This document shows, piece by piece, positions 19,546-29,208 of a stretch of DNA of 64,000 nucleotides. The DNA lies in IMG/VR virus record IMGVR_UViG_3300037400_006466, positions 44,098 to 108,097 of that record. One strand, written 5' to 3'. The notes below the pieces were generated by a model, which saw only the letters and a list, made by a program, of their open reading frames with translations, did not search any database and was not told where the DNA came from. The stretch comes from a virus. Lineage: Duplodnaviria; Heunggongvirae; Uroviricota; Caudoviricetes. The translations under genes and the position numbers were made by a program. Within the stretch, counting starts at the first letter, position 1. Each line of letters starts with the position of its first letter.

Positions 19546-21678
19546 ATGGCAGAACTTGAATTAAAAGACAATAATGGAAAATTACCTGACTCCTCGGCTA
19601 TAAAGTCATCTGGATTCTCCAATTTCCTGTCAACCCTTTTCGGATGGAGAAGGTCAAAAGGAACCACTGCATCCAATAAAGTGGAGTTCACACAGGTTGA
19701 CCTTGGAGCAAAGGAACAGAGGATAGGTCAGGCCTTCATAAACAACGCTCCTAATTTAGAAGGGCCTATGAGCGAGAAGCTTGAGCAGCTTTTCAATATA
19801 TGGCTTACAGACAATACAACAAGATATGAGGACCTCCAGGAAAGAATGGCTAGGATTAGTCAGCTGGAATATATGGTCCTCAATGACCCCTATGTAGGAA
19901 GAACAGTTGACCTGTATGCTGATGAATCCACACAGCTTGATCAACAGGACACTCTCATAAACATTGAGACCCCTGATGCAAGAATGACCAAGGATATGTA
20001 TAAGCTTCTCAATCAATGGGGAATCACACAGACCAGGGTCAGAGAGACCATCAAGCAGTTGGGAACCTACGGTGATGCCTTCTGGGCCAATACAGTCACA
20101 GAGAACGGAGTTGAGAGGATAGTTCCCCTTCAGCAGGTCCAGGTCTCTGACAGGGTTGAATTCAATCCTATAAAGGCCCTTGAGATGAAAAAGAGGAGGG
20201 AAGGATTCTTCGGAGGATTTGCCTCCAATAACTATCTCATTGACCAGATGCTCCAGTCATTGCAGGATAATGACAGCTTTGCTGACCTGTTTGACACAAA
20301 GCTTTTCGGTTTCAGCATAGATAATGACCTTTCTGTTCCTGCATGGTCAGTCACCCATTTCAGGGTAGGCGCTGAGGGAAGTCAGTTCTATCCTTTCGGA
20401 ACTTCTCCTATTCTAGGAGCTCTTGCCCCTTATAAGCAGACACAATCATCCATAGCTCTTCAGGCTCTTGCCAGGGAAATGAACTTCCCCATCACCACGT
20501 TCGAGGTCAAAACAGATGAGAACATGGATGAGGCCTCACAGTTCGCTCTTGTGAATAGAGTAAGAGAGGAGTTCGATAACATAGGTGTCAGTCAGAAGGT
20601 GGGTAACTCAGAGGTCTATACAGTCAATACTAAGATATGGATTCCCAAGGACCTCATAACTGTTGACATCAAGAAGGCCTCTGACTCCAATACTGATTCA
20701 GTTGATGATATCAAGCTGTATCAGGACAGGACTGCAGTAGCTCTTGGAATCCCCAAGGCCTTCTATGGTGAGGAAGGATGGAAGTCACTGGGACATAGCG
20801 GAAAGTCTTTGATTCAGCAGTATAAGCCTTTCGCAAGGAAATGCTTCTCATTACAGAGCGCTTTCCTTGAGGGTCTTGCAGATCTTTACAGAATACATTT
20901 CGCAATCACTGGTCTCTATGATTTCAGGATTCCTTTTACACTCTCAATGAGATACCCCGCAGTTGAGGAGGATGATGATTTCGTCAACTCAAGGAAGTCA
21001 TCCATAGAAATGGCCAATGATGTCATAGGTCTTGTCAAGGCTGCGGTAGGTGCTGATGAAGATGAACCTCTTCCTGCTGATATCATCAGGGATATCATCG
21101 GAAAGTATACCTTCCTTGACCCTGGAGACATCATGAAATGGACAAGGGATGCCAAATACTATGTCAACATCAATCCACAGGAAGGTGGTGGAGCAGGAGT
21201 CAGTGGCGGCAGCGGCGGCCCTGGAGGCGGAATAGATATTGACATCGGAGGTGGTGGACCAGAGCCTTCAGATGAAGGTGGTCTTGACCTTGGGGATATA
21301 GGTGGAGAGGAATCAGACGAGGATGTAGGAGGAGGCGAAGAGGAGCCTACAATGGAGTCAGTATCCAGAAGGGGTAGGACCATTGAGGACAGACTCAGAG
21401 AATATGAATCTCTTCCCAGAACCAAAGAGAGAATTCTGAGGGAGAAGATCCTTTGTGAGAAATACAAAAATGAGAGAGATAGAATCTACTTCGATGCTCT
21501 TCAGGAATGCGCGGTGAACAATTATTCTTCAAGAGGTTTCCATAAGGAGATTTTCAATACAGAGAACTCTCATATGGATGTGATGCTTGAGGTTCTTGAC
21601 AGCCAGCACAAGACTGAGAGAATAAAAGAGGGGTTCAAATATAAGAAGCCTAGGGCCTCCAAGAGGAAAAGTAAATAA
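19546..21678 (+). CDS. Portal protein (T4 gp20-like)
   Basis: DPYVGRTVDLYADEST, YGDAFW, VTHFR..YPFGTSPIL, DDIKLYQDRTAVALGIPKAF; lies upstream of the protease; Gly/acidic C-terminal extension. Confidence 0.9.
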   Translation: MAELELKDNNGKLPDSSAIKSSGFSNFLSTLFGWRRSKGTTASNKVEFTQVDLGAKEQRIGQAFINNAPNLEGPMSEKLEQLFNIWLTDNTTRYEDLQERMARISQLEYMVLNDPYVGRTVDLYADESTQLDQQDTLINIETPDARMTKDMYKLLNQWGITQTRVRETIKQLGTYGDAFWANTVTENGVERIVPLQQVQVSDRVEFNPIKALEMKKRREGFFGGFASNNYLIDQMLQSLQDNDSFADLFDTKLFGFSIDNDLSVPAWSVTHFRVGAEGSQFYPFGTSPILGALAPYKQTQSSIALQALAREMNFPITTFEVKTDENMDEASQFALVNRVREEFDNIGVSQKVGNSEVYTVNTKIWIPKDLITVDIKKASDSNTDSVDDIKLYQDRTAVALGIPKAFYGEEGWKSLGHSGKSLIQQYKPFARKCFSLQSAFLEGLADLYRIHFAITGLYDFRIPFTLSMRYPAVEEDDDFVNSRKSSIEMANDVIGLVKAAVGADEDEPLPADIIRDIIGKYTFLDPGDIMKWTRDAKYYVNINPQEGGGAGVSGGSGGPGGGIDIDIGGGGPEPSDEGGLDLGDIGGEESDEDVGGGEEEPTMESVSRRGRTIEDRLREYESLPRTKERILREKILCEKYKNERDRIYFDALQECAVNNYSSRGFHKEIFNTENSHMDVMLEVLDSQHKTERIKEGFKYKKPRASKRKSK

Positions 21679-21773
21679 TTCTTCTTTTATCTCACTAATT
21701 ACTATACATATACAATTGTAATTGATTGAAATAATACAGGTTTCATACAATAATAAAAAGGATTTACAAAACG

Positions 21774-23777
21774 ATGGTAAGAGATACTAGTAATCTTACA
21801 AGATTTGTGGAATCCGCCAGCATAGACCACAGACTTATCCGTGAGGCCTCAAAACAGGAATTCACAGAGTCTTTGATAAGGGCCAAGAGCAGGCTGACGG
21901 AATCCCTGGAAGACACCGGCAAGGGCTGGTGGGTTCCTATAAGTCATTATGGTAATTACAAGAACGGTAACGGCAGAATATACAACACCAGACTTTGGGA
22001 GAATGTAATCAACAATCAGAGAGAAATCTGGTGCGGTTCTCCTATGCTTACAGATCATCCGGAAGGTGATTCTGATGGAAATCCTAGGGATATCTGTGGT
22101 GTATGGCTGGATGCCAAGTTCGGTGAGCCCGGACCTGATGGAGTGGGAATAGTCTACGGATTATTGGTTCCGAGTGGACATAACGGAGAGGATCTCAGAG
22201 ACCATCTCCAGAATGGACTTAGAATCGGGACATCTTCATCAGGTTTCGGAAAGCTCCTTCCGGACAAAGTGACAGTCGATCCCGACACTTATCAGATTGA
22301 GAGACTCGCTGACTGGGTTCTCAATCCCTCACAGGGAACATTCTTCTCATATGATGAGAGCAACGGAGACATTAAGGACAGAACTCTTACAGAGTCAGGT
22401 TCCAATTTGATATACAATATCAGGGATACAGCTGAAAGATACATGAGGTGTAATCCATACGTCACCAGAAGGGATGTGGTGGAATACCTTATGGATACTT
22501 ATAATGATGTGTCAGAAGATACAATAGAAAGAATCCTTGAGCCATATGAGTTCATGGATGAGAGCAATAAGAATAATACCTCAAACGAATATTTATTTAA
22601 GGAGAAGGTCGTGAAAGACTCAAAGTTCACAAAGCTGGAAGAGAAGAAATTCCGCAGAGACATGGAGTCCTTCCTTGAAAGTGCCAGTAACATTAAGGAC
22701 CCTCAGGAAAGACTTGAAGAATTTAAGGACATCAGAGGGTGGCTTGAAGAAGGTGCTTGCCCGGACCTTAAAGAGAAGGTTGAAGCCAAGATTGCTGAGG
22801 AGGAAGCCTATATCAAGGTTGCTCTGAAGGAGAAGGCTGAAATGAAGGATCAGCTCGGTGTCGAGTCCACAAAGGACTTGAAGGAGAAGCTGACAAAGAT
22901 TGTTCAGGATCAGAAGATTCTTGAGAAGGAGTCAAAGGACTGGAAGGCGGTGTCTGAGAAGCTTCAGGAGAAGCTGATGGAATCAGAGAAGGAGCTCAAG
23001 AAGAGAGCTTCAGTTGAGTTCACAGAGTTCCAGAAGAACAAGATTGATGCCCTCAATGAGAAGATTGAGGACCATGACAAGAAGGCTGCTGACACCCTCA
23101 AGGAAATGATAAACGCATACAAGGCTCTTCAGGAGAAATGCAAGGGTCTTGAGGATGAGGTATCATCACTCAAAGAGAAAAATGAATGTCTTGATAAGGA
23201 GTGCGGTGAGTGCAATATGAAGCTTGAGCTCGCCAACAATGAGAACAAGGAACTCCAGGACCATTATGCTGAGGTCTCCAAGCAACTGGGTGAATCACAG
23301 GAGAAAATCAAGAAATACAAGGTTCTGTTTGAGAATCAGAGAGCCAAGTTCGAGGAATCCCTCAAGAAGATTGATGAGCTCAGAAAAATCAATGAGAGCA
23401 AGAATGAGAAGATATCTGCTCTTGCCAAGGAAGCCAAGGTCGCACAGACAGAACTGAAGAAGATAAATCTTCAGGAGGCCAAAGCCAGAAGGGCACAGAG
23501 AACTGATACAGAGGTCTATTATGATGACCTTTATGAGCAGTATGGTAATCAGGTTGTTCCTTACAAGGACAGAATCACAGAGGCAATCAGTCTGGCAGAG
23601 GCCAAGCAGGTGTTCTTCAAGGAGATTCTTCCTTCACTGAATGAATCAGTGGCCATTGAGGAGTCAAGGATTCCTGAGACATTGTATACAACCCCAGAGG
23701 AGAGGGCCAGAGCCATAAACGGAAAGGCCTTCTACAGACAGAGTGTCATGGACAGAATGCCTAAGGGTTGGAAGTAA
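21774..23777 (+). CDS. Prohead protease (gp21-like) fused to a coiled-coil scaffold
   Basis: NGNGRIY, LTDHP (His), IGTSSSGFG (Ser), DWVLNPS, followed by about 350 aa of heptad-rich coiled coil. Confidence 0.9.
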   Translation: MVRDTSNLTRFVESASIDHRLIREASKQEFTESLIRAKSRLTESLEDTGKGWWVPISHYGNYKNGNGRIYNTRLWENVINNQREIWCGSPMLTDHPEGDSDGNPRDICGVWLDAKFGEPGPDGVGIVYGLLVPSGHNGEDLRDHLQNGLRIGTSSSGFGKLLPDKVTVDPDTYQIERLADWVLNPSQGTFFSYDESNGDIKDRTLTESGSNLIYNIRDTAERYMRCNPYVTRRDVVEYLMDTYNDVSEDTIERILEPYEFMDESNKNNTSNEYLFKEKVVKDSKFTKLEEKKFRRDMESFLESASNIKDPQERLEEFKDIRGWLEEGACPDLKEKVEAKIAEEEAYIKVALKEKAEMKDQLGVESTKDLKEKLTKIVQDQKILEKESKDWKAVSEKLQEKLMESEKELKKRASVEFTEFQKNKIDALNEKIEDHDKKAADTLKEMINAYKALQEKCKGLEDEVSSLKEKNECLDKECGECNMKLELANNENKELQDHYAEVSKQLGESQEKIKKYKVLFENQRAKFEESLKKIDELRKINESKNEKISALAKEAKVAQTELKKINLQEAKARRAQRTDTEVYYDDLYEQYGNQVVPYKDRITEAISLAEAKQVFFKEILPSLNESVAIEESRIPETLYTTPEERARAINGKAFYRQSVMDRMPKGWK

Positions 23778-23794
23778 TCGCTTTCAGTTATAAG

Positions 23795-23822
23795 GGGGAC
23801 TTCCTATGAGGTCCCCATTTTT
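23795..23822 (+). terminator. Terminator/attenuator hairpin
   Basis: GGGGACTTC-CTAT-GAGGTCCCC-ATTTTT. Confidence 0.7.
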
Positions 23823-23830
23823 GAATTATT

Positions 23831-26506
23831 ATGAAGATAGAAGAGCTTAAGAGAAGATACACAGGCCCCATAGGATGTCCCTCAGATACCAAAGACCCAG
23901 ATTACTGGGATTGGGATAACTGGGACAATTGGCCAGAGGAAGATAAAGAGATGTTTCCTATAGAAGAAAAAAGAGCGATGAAGGAAGGTATTTCTTCTGA
24001 TACATTATATGATAGAATTTGTAGAAGTCTTACAGATTATGAACATAATGGTGAGGAAGAAACTGGTTTTGAGGAACTTTCTGAAAATTATTTTGAAGAT
24101 GATTTTTTCAATCTTCTTGATGAAGTTTTTAAGAAATCAGATATTCAGTCTTTTGATGGTTATCTCTATAATAAGATAGATAGTATTCTTGGAGATTATT
24201 CTAGTGGTGCTCCTGTAACTGCTGATGAGCTTCATGACCTTCTTGTTGAAGTTAAGGATGCTTTTGCTGATGCCAATGTTCAGAATAATTTCAATGAATC
24301 TGTCAAGAGAACTGGAAAGTCATTGAGAGAAGATGTTTCTTTCATTGACAGATGGCATGATACACATGAGATTCTGCCTGATTGCGATAACGTATGGTTT
24401 ATAGCTGACGGTAAGATATATGTGGGTCTTTATGAGCCTGAGCAGCAGATATTCTGCATGGCTGACGGACTGGGTGTTGAGCTCAAGGATGTCAGACAGT
24501 GGAAGTTCCTTGCTGACAAAGAGATAATAGGATACCCCAAGGAGAAGGAGATAGTCGCGATAGAGGTTCCGGATTTCCCTTGTCCAGTAACGGGTATCTT
24601 CTCTGACCATCTTGTGGATGAGGAGACAGGGGATGAGTTCAGCGGAGTCATCCTTGATGATGAATATCAGTTCTGTGAGATAGGGGCTGATTCCATCCAT
24701 TGGGAGAAGGTGTTCTCATGGTATCATCTTCCAGATGAACCTCTTAAGATTCTTGACGTTGATGAGGTCAAGGTGGCACCAGTGGAGACAGTTGCATCCA
24801 ATCCTGCTGAGAATACTCCTAATGAAGAGGATAAGGACAGGAGCACAGAGGAGCTGAATCCTGCTGACCACCCTGAGCTTTCAACTGATGCCTATGTGGG
24901 AGCAAAGGCAGATGAGAGGATAACAGACACCAATCCTGACAGCTATGTCAATGGAGACAACTTCGTTGATGAGACCATAGACTCTGAAGGCCCTGACCTC
25001 AGTTCTGGAAGTGAGACAGTTCCTGAGACTGTCGCAGAGGAAGCTGAGGAGCAGGTTCCTGCCGCAGAGGCCACCTCTGCAATAGCTGAACAGAAGCCTG
25101 AGGAGGAGAAGCTTGTGAGGGAGTCTTTTGAAAAGAAAGAAGTGAATCTTGAGGATGTCAAGGTCAAGCCATGGTATATGGAGGAATATCCTACAGATGA
25201 GATGGGTGAGGACATTGATGATGACCTTACCTTTGAGGATATCTTCCAGTGTCTTGACAGCTATGATGACATCTATAAATATATCCCTGGAGACAGCATC
25301 ATAAGGGAGAGAATCTTCTCCAAGTTGGCTGAGCTGATGGATGTGGACTATGATTACATCTATGATCAGTGGCTGAAGTCAGCTGATATTCCTTCAAGCT
25401 GGATGAAAGCCTTCGGACTTAATGAATCCATAAGAGGGAACACAAGGCAGTTTGTTGATAATGTTGAGGAGTACCTTGAAGAATTTGGCGATGATATTTG
25501 GGAAAGACTCAGAGTCAATATCCAGTATCTTCAGGAATATGCAAGATACGGAACACTCAATGAAGCTATCAGAGAATACATAGAGGGTGGTAGTCTTGAT
25601 GTCTATTATGATGAAGTAAGAAAGACCCTCAATGAACTTTATGAGAACACTCCTGAAGAAGTTGAGAAGTGGGCAGATTACCCTACTGATAAACTTTGGG
25701 AGAGATATATCAATGTGATGTGTCTTTACATTCCTAAGGCTTACAAGAAGCACACTGGAAAAGAACTTGACATGAGAAAGGACCCTGAGTCCGAGTATAG
25801 CCAGAAAGTAAGGGCCAAGTATGGTGAGAACAAGCTTTCTGTCTGTGAATCCCTTAGGGAAAGAGGACTTACAAGAGCTGAAAGACATAATAGATCCATG
25901 GATAGAATCTTCGGATTCAAGAGAGCCATTGATGCCAAGCAGTGCAAGTTCATGTTGGACCATGGGGTTGACAGAGACAAGGTTGACAGTGCCAGAAAGA
26001 ATGACAGAGTAGGAAAGCTTCTGGCAGATGAAGGCCTCCATGATGACTTCTGGAAGTCTTATAAGGAGAGCACCAAGGCAGTCAAGTCAGCCATAAAGGA
26101 ATCCAAGGAAGAGAGCCTTGCAGAATCCCAGGACAATATCATCAAATATAAGGGATACCTCATTGAGAAGGATTTCTACGGACAGGGTGAATACACAGTC
26201 CAGTATATGGGTGATGACGTATGGTTCGAGACCCTTGATGCCGCCAAGGAGTTCATTGATGACATCTATGATGTGGAGTCCATTGAGGAAAAGAAGATAA
26301 GGGAGAATCTTGAGCAGATATCAGACAGGGCATATGGCCAGTGGGTAGCCCTCAAGAACAAGATGGGTGATGAATATCTGGCTGATTATGTCATTGACCA
26401 GCTTCCCAAGCATGAGGCTGAACTGATAATCGACTATTTGGCTGACATAAACGGAATTGAAGTGAATGAGGACGGGAACAACCTTGAACATGGTTTTCTC
26501 GGTTAA
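23831..26506 (+). CDS. Large acidic modular (polyvalent-like) putative internal head protein
   Basis: 891 aa; several unrelated modules (tandem DUF551-like, PTDEMG...DSIIRERIF module) separated by E-S/LxE linkers; ends GFLG. Confidence 0.7.
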   Translation: MKIEELKRRYTGPIGCPSDTKDPDYWDWDNWDNWPEEDKEMFPIEEKRAMKEGISSDTLYDRICRSLTDYEHNGEEETGFEELSENYFEDDFFNLLDEVFKKSDIQSFDGYLYNKIDSILGDYSSGAPVTADELHDLLVEVKDAFADANVQNNFNESVKRTGKSLREDVSFIDRWHDTHEILPDCDNVWFIADGKIYVGLYEPEQQIFCMADGLGVELKDVRQWKFLADKEIIGYPKEKEIVAIEVPDFPCPVTGIFSDHLVDEETGDEFSGVILDDEYQFCEIGADSIHWEKVFSWYHLPDEPLKILDVDEVKVAPVETVASNPAENTPNEEDKDRSTEELNPADHPELSTDAYVGAKADERITDTNPDSYVNGDNFVDETIDSEGPDLSSGSETVPETVAEEAEEQVPAAEATSAIAEQKPEEEKLVRESFEKKEVNLEDVKVKPWYMEEYPTDEMGEDIDDDLTFEDIFQCLDSYDDIYKYIPGDSIIRERIFSKLAELMDVDYDYIYDQWLKSADIPSSWMKAFGLNESIRGNTRQFVDNVEEYLEEFGDDIWERLRVNIQYLQEYARYGTLNEAIREYIEGGSLDVYYDEVRKTLNELYENTPEEVEKWADYPTDKLWERYINVMCLYIPKAYKKHTGKELDMRKDPESEYSQKVRAKYGENKLSVCESLRERGLTRAERHNRSMDRIFGFKRAIDAKQCKFMLDHGVDRDKVDSARKNDRVGKLLADEGLHDDFWKSYKESTKAVKSAIKESKEESLAESQDNIIKYKGYLIEKDFYGQGEYTVQYMGDDVWFETLDAAKEFIDDIYDVESIEEKKIRENLEQISDRAYGQWVALKNKMGDEYLADYVIDQLPKHEAELIIDYLADINGIEVNEDGNNLEHGFLG

Positions 26507-26518
26507 GTGAGGTGACAT

Positions 26519-28021
26519 ATGAGCACAAGCCAGTTGGTCACAGTGGCAGGAATAAACAAAGTATGGACAGCCACTAAGGCACTGTATAATAAACTTGATA
26601 ACAGACTGGATGATATTGGTAGAGTATTCAAGTATAAGGATACATTATCAAACTGGGCTGCATTAAAAGCAAAGGCTCCTCTTGAAGTAGGTGACGCTTA
26701 CCTGGTAAGCGCTGATTATCCTGCATTTCCTGAAGACCCCACAAATTATCCAGAATATGACTCACAAAATCCTTCCCCAAGGATGTTTATATGTATAAAG
26801 GCTCATACAGGTAATACTCCACCTTCTTATTCATTTGATACAGATACAGATAACTCTAATCACTGGTCAAAATATTGGAATCCTATTGATTTGAATTTAT
26901 CTTTGGCGGATACTAACAAGTATGGTATAGTCAGATTATTATCTGCTGATATAGATCATAATAACAGACGTATACAAGGTGTAAGTGGTCTTTATGTGAA
27001 TGTTCCTGATGCCACTGCTAAGGGTAATAATAGCTCTACTGGTCTTGTCAAACCAGGAGATGGTATTAACATAAATAATGGTGAGATTTCCATTAAGGCT
27101 GGTGCTGGAATTCTTATTGACACCACACCACAAACTGGTCATGAAATAAAGAATACTGGTATAAGAGGGATAACTGTAGGAAGCACAAAGTATTCTAATA
27201 TAGATGGATTCACAATATCTTCTTCAAATTCCAATACTATAGGTTTTACTGATGAGAATTCAACAGCATCATCAATTACTCTTAAAGGCGCCTGTACAAA
27301 TGATATAAGCGGTGGTGTAGGGAATAGTTCCAAACCTATTTATATCACTTCAGGAGGAGAGGCCGCTCCTATAACTTCTCTTCGTCTATCAGTTAATAAT
27401 TCTGAACAAAGTAATTATTTGGCAACTTTTACCAGTGGAACAGCAGCTGGGACTAACAAAAGAAGAACTGTAGAAATAACAGGATATGGAACTAGTAATA
27501 ATGATGACCCAACTTCATCTGACAGCAATATCGATGTTGCTCTCCATGTCAATGGAGCTGCTAGGGTTACAGGAGCTTTCAGCGCTCTTAAAGTCTATCA
27601 CGCAGTTTGGAATGATATCTCTGATGCCATTGAAGTCCAGGATACCTTGAAGACAGACCCAGGATATTGTTATTTCTTTGACGGAAAGGAATATCACAGA
27701 ACAGGCAAGTATTGTCAGAAGGGAATAATCGGTATCCACTCTGATACAGCTGGTTCTGTTCTCGGAAGAAAAGGAAAGCACAAGGAGCTTGATATCTCAG
27801 TAGGTGGATTCGTTCTTGCCTATGTAGATAAGGAATATGCACCTGGAACACCTTTGACTTCTGCTCCTGATGGAAGACTCACCAAGATGGGTCTTGTAAG
27901 CAGAATCCTTCACCCAGAGAGACTTGTAGCCACATACTGGAAGAAGGAGACTAATAAAGAGTGGGGTGATGAATCTCATAAAATTGAAGTCAATGGAAGA
28001 CATTGGGTGAAGGTGAGGTAA
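26519..28021 (+). CDS. Fibre/spike protein with C-terminal intramolecular chaperone-like domain
   Basis: Gly/Ser/Thr/Asn-rich body; C-terminal VYHAVWNDISD...GIIGIHSDTAG...ISVGGFV resembles peptidase-G2-type autocleaving chaperones. Confidence 0.7.
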   Translation: MSTSQLVTVAGINKVWTATKALYNKLDNRLDDIGRVFKYKDTLSNWAALKAKAPLEVGDAYLVSADYPAFPEDPTNYPEYDSQNPSPRMFICIKAHTGNTPPSYSFDTDTDNSNHWSKYWNPIDLNLSLADTNKYGIVRLLSADIDHNNRRIQGVSGLYVNVPDATAKGNNSSTGLVKPGDGININNGEISIKAGAGILIDTTPQTGHEIKNTGIRGITVGSTKYSNIDGFTISSSNSNTIGFTDENSTASSITLKGACTNDISGGVGNSSKPIYITSGGEAAPITSLRLSVNNSEQSNYLATFTSGTAAGTNKRRTVEITGYGTSNNDDPTSSDSNIDVALHVNGAARVTGAFSALKVYHAVWNDISDAIEVQDTLKTDPGYCYFFDGKEYHRTGKYCQKGIIGIHSDTAGSVLGRKGKHKELDISVGGFVLAYVDKEYAPGTPLTSAPDGRLTKMGLVSRILHPERLVATYWKKETNKEWGDESHKIEVNGRHWVKVR

Positions 28022-28026
28022 TTACT

Positions 28027-28593
28027 ATGAGAAGATATAGAGAAGAAGAAAGACTTGAAGATGAGCAGATGTTCGGTAGAAGCAAGAAGGCTCTTGAAAT
28101 AATTGACCAGAGTGAAACTGATGAGGATGCTCTTGAAGCTCTCTTTGAGGAGTTTGTTCCTGCATCAGGTCCTGCTGACACTGTAGGTGGTGAGATTGTC
28201 AGAGCCATAAACAGAATCATATACAGATGGTCTAATGATGGTGACCAGATTGGTTTCGATTATGGTGTAGAGACAGTTAATTCCTCTTATGAGTATCTTA
28301 TTGAGAAAGATATCATAATCGACAAGTTTGATGATTATCTTTATGACAGTTCCAGTAATTTTGATTCAGATGATTATGATGAGTTCCTTGACCAGCTCAT
28401 GAAGCAGGTCCTAGACACCCTTTACAACAGACCGGAGCTCTTTGATGAGAAGAACGAGGATAACTCAAGAAGCGGTTACACCTATTCCGTTGAGGAAGAT
28501 ATTGAATCTTGGGGTGATGCTGAGGAAGATGAGGACAGTGACTGGTACTTCTATCATGGAGAAGATGACGAAGAAGTCGAGGAAGAGGAATAA
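28027..28593 (+). CDS. Acidic hypothetical protein
   Basis: RBS GAGGT before ATG 28027; LFEEFVPASGPADTVGGEIVRAINRIIYRW.NDGD motif; acidic tail. Confidence 0.7.
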   Translation: MRRYREEERLEDEQMFGRSKKALEIIDQSETDEDALEALFEEFVPASGPADTVGGEIVRAINRIIYRWSNDGDQIGFDYGVETVNSSYEYLIEKDIIIDKFDDYLYDSSSNFDSDDYDEFLDQLMKQVLDTLYNRPELFDEKNEDNSRSGYTYSVEEDIESWGDAEEDEDSDWYFYHGEDDEEVEEEE

Positions 28594-28949
28594 GTCTTAA
28601 TTATAAGAAAGAATATAAGGGTTATATAGGTTATATATGACCCTTTTAAAATAATTGCACTAACTATATGTAGTTCTGTAAAGAACTGCTCAAATTGTGT
28701 AAATAAAGAGAAATGATTTGATTTGATTTCAAATCCCCGCAAAGACTACAAATGGTTTTTGTCCTACCAGTTCACAGATGAACGGTTTCCTGAGAATCCA
28801 GATATGATTCTTTTTCCAGTCCACTTGCATGCTCATGCAGTCTCATAACATGGTGGCTGAAATCTTTCAATAAAGAAATAACTCTTTAGATGCTCCAATT
28901 GAACAAACACTTTAATTAAAAAACAATTTTTTAGATAGGAACTTTTAGT

Positions 28950-29208
28950 ATGGCACTTACAAAGCACATGACTAATAGAAAGGCCGCTCCTAAGACAATC
29001 GAATCCAGAGAAGACAGACTTTTCAGGGAAGAGAGAGAGTTCAGAGCTGACAAGCTCGTTGAGAAGTGGTCAAGAGTTAAGGAAATCGGAAGAGGAATTC
29101 CTGAGCTGCCAACACAGACAGCTAGAAATCTGGCAATTCTTCTTGAGAACCAGGCTTCAAGAATGAAGAGAATGACTGAAGCTCAGCTCAGCAATAGCTT
29201 CTTCGGCT
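28950..29208 (+). CDS. Major capsid protein exon 1 (T4 gp23-like)
   Basis: KLVEKWS...ARNLAILLENQ is a typical gp23 N-terminus; RMTE-A maturation-like site; ends at the U of a U.G pair in P1. Confidence 0.9.

Noticed and set aside
28735-28800. GCAAAGAC segment as a c-di-GMP riboswitch
   Set aside because: The GNRA-capped P2 and other conserved elements could not be found; kept only as a generic structured leader
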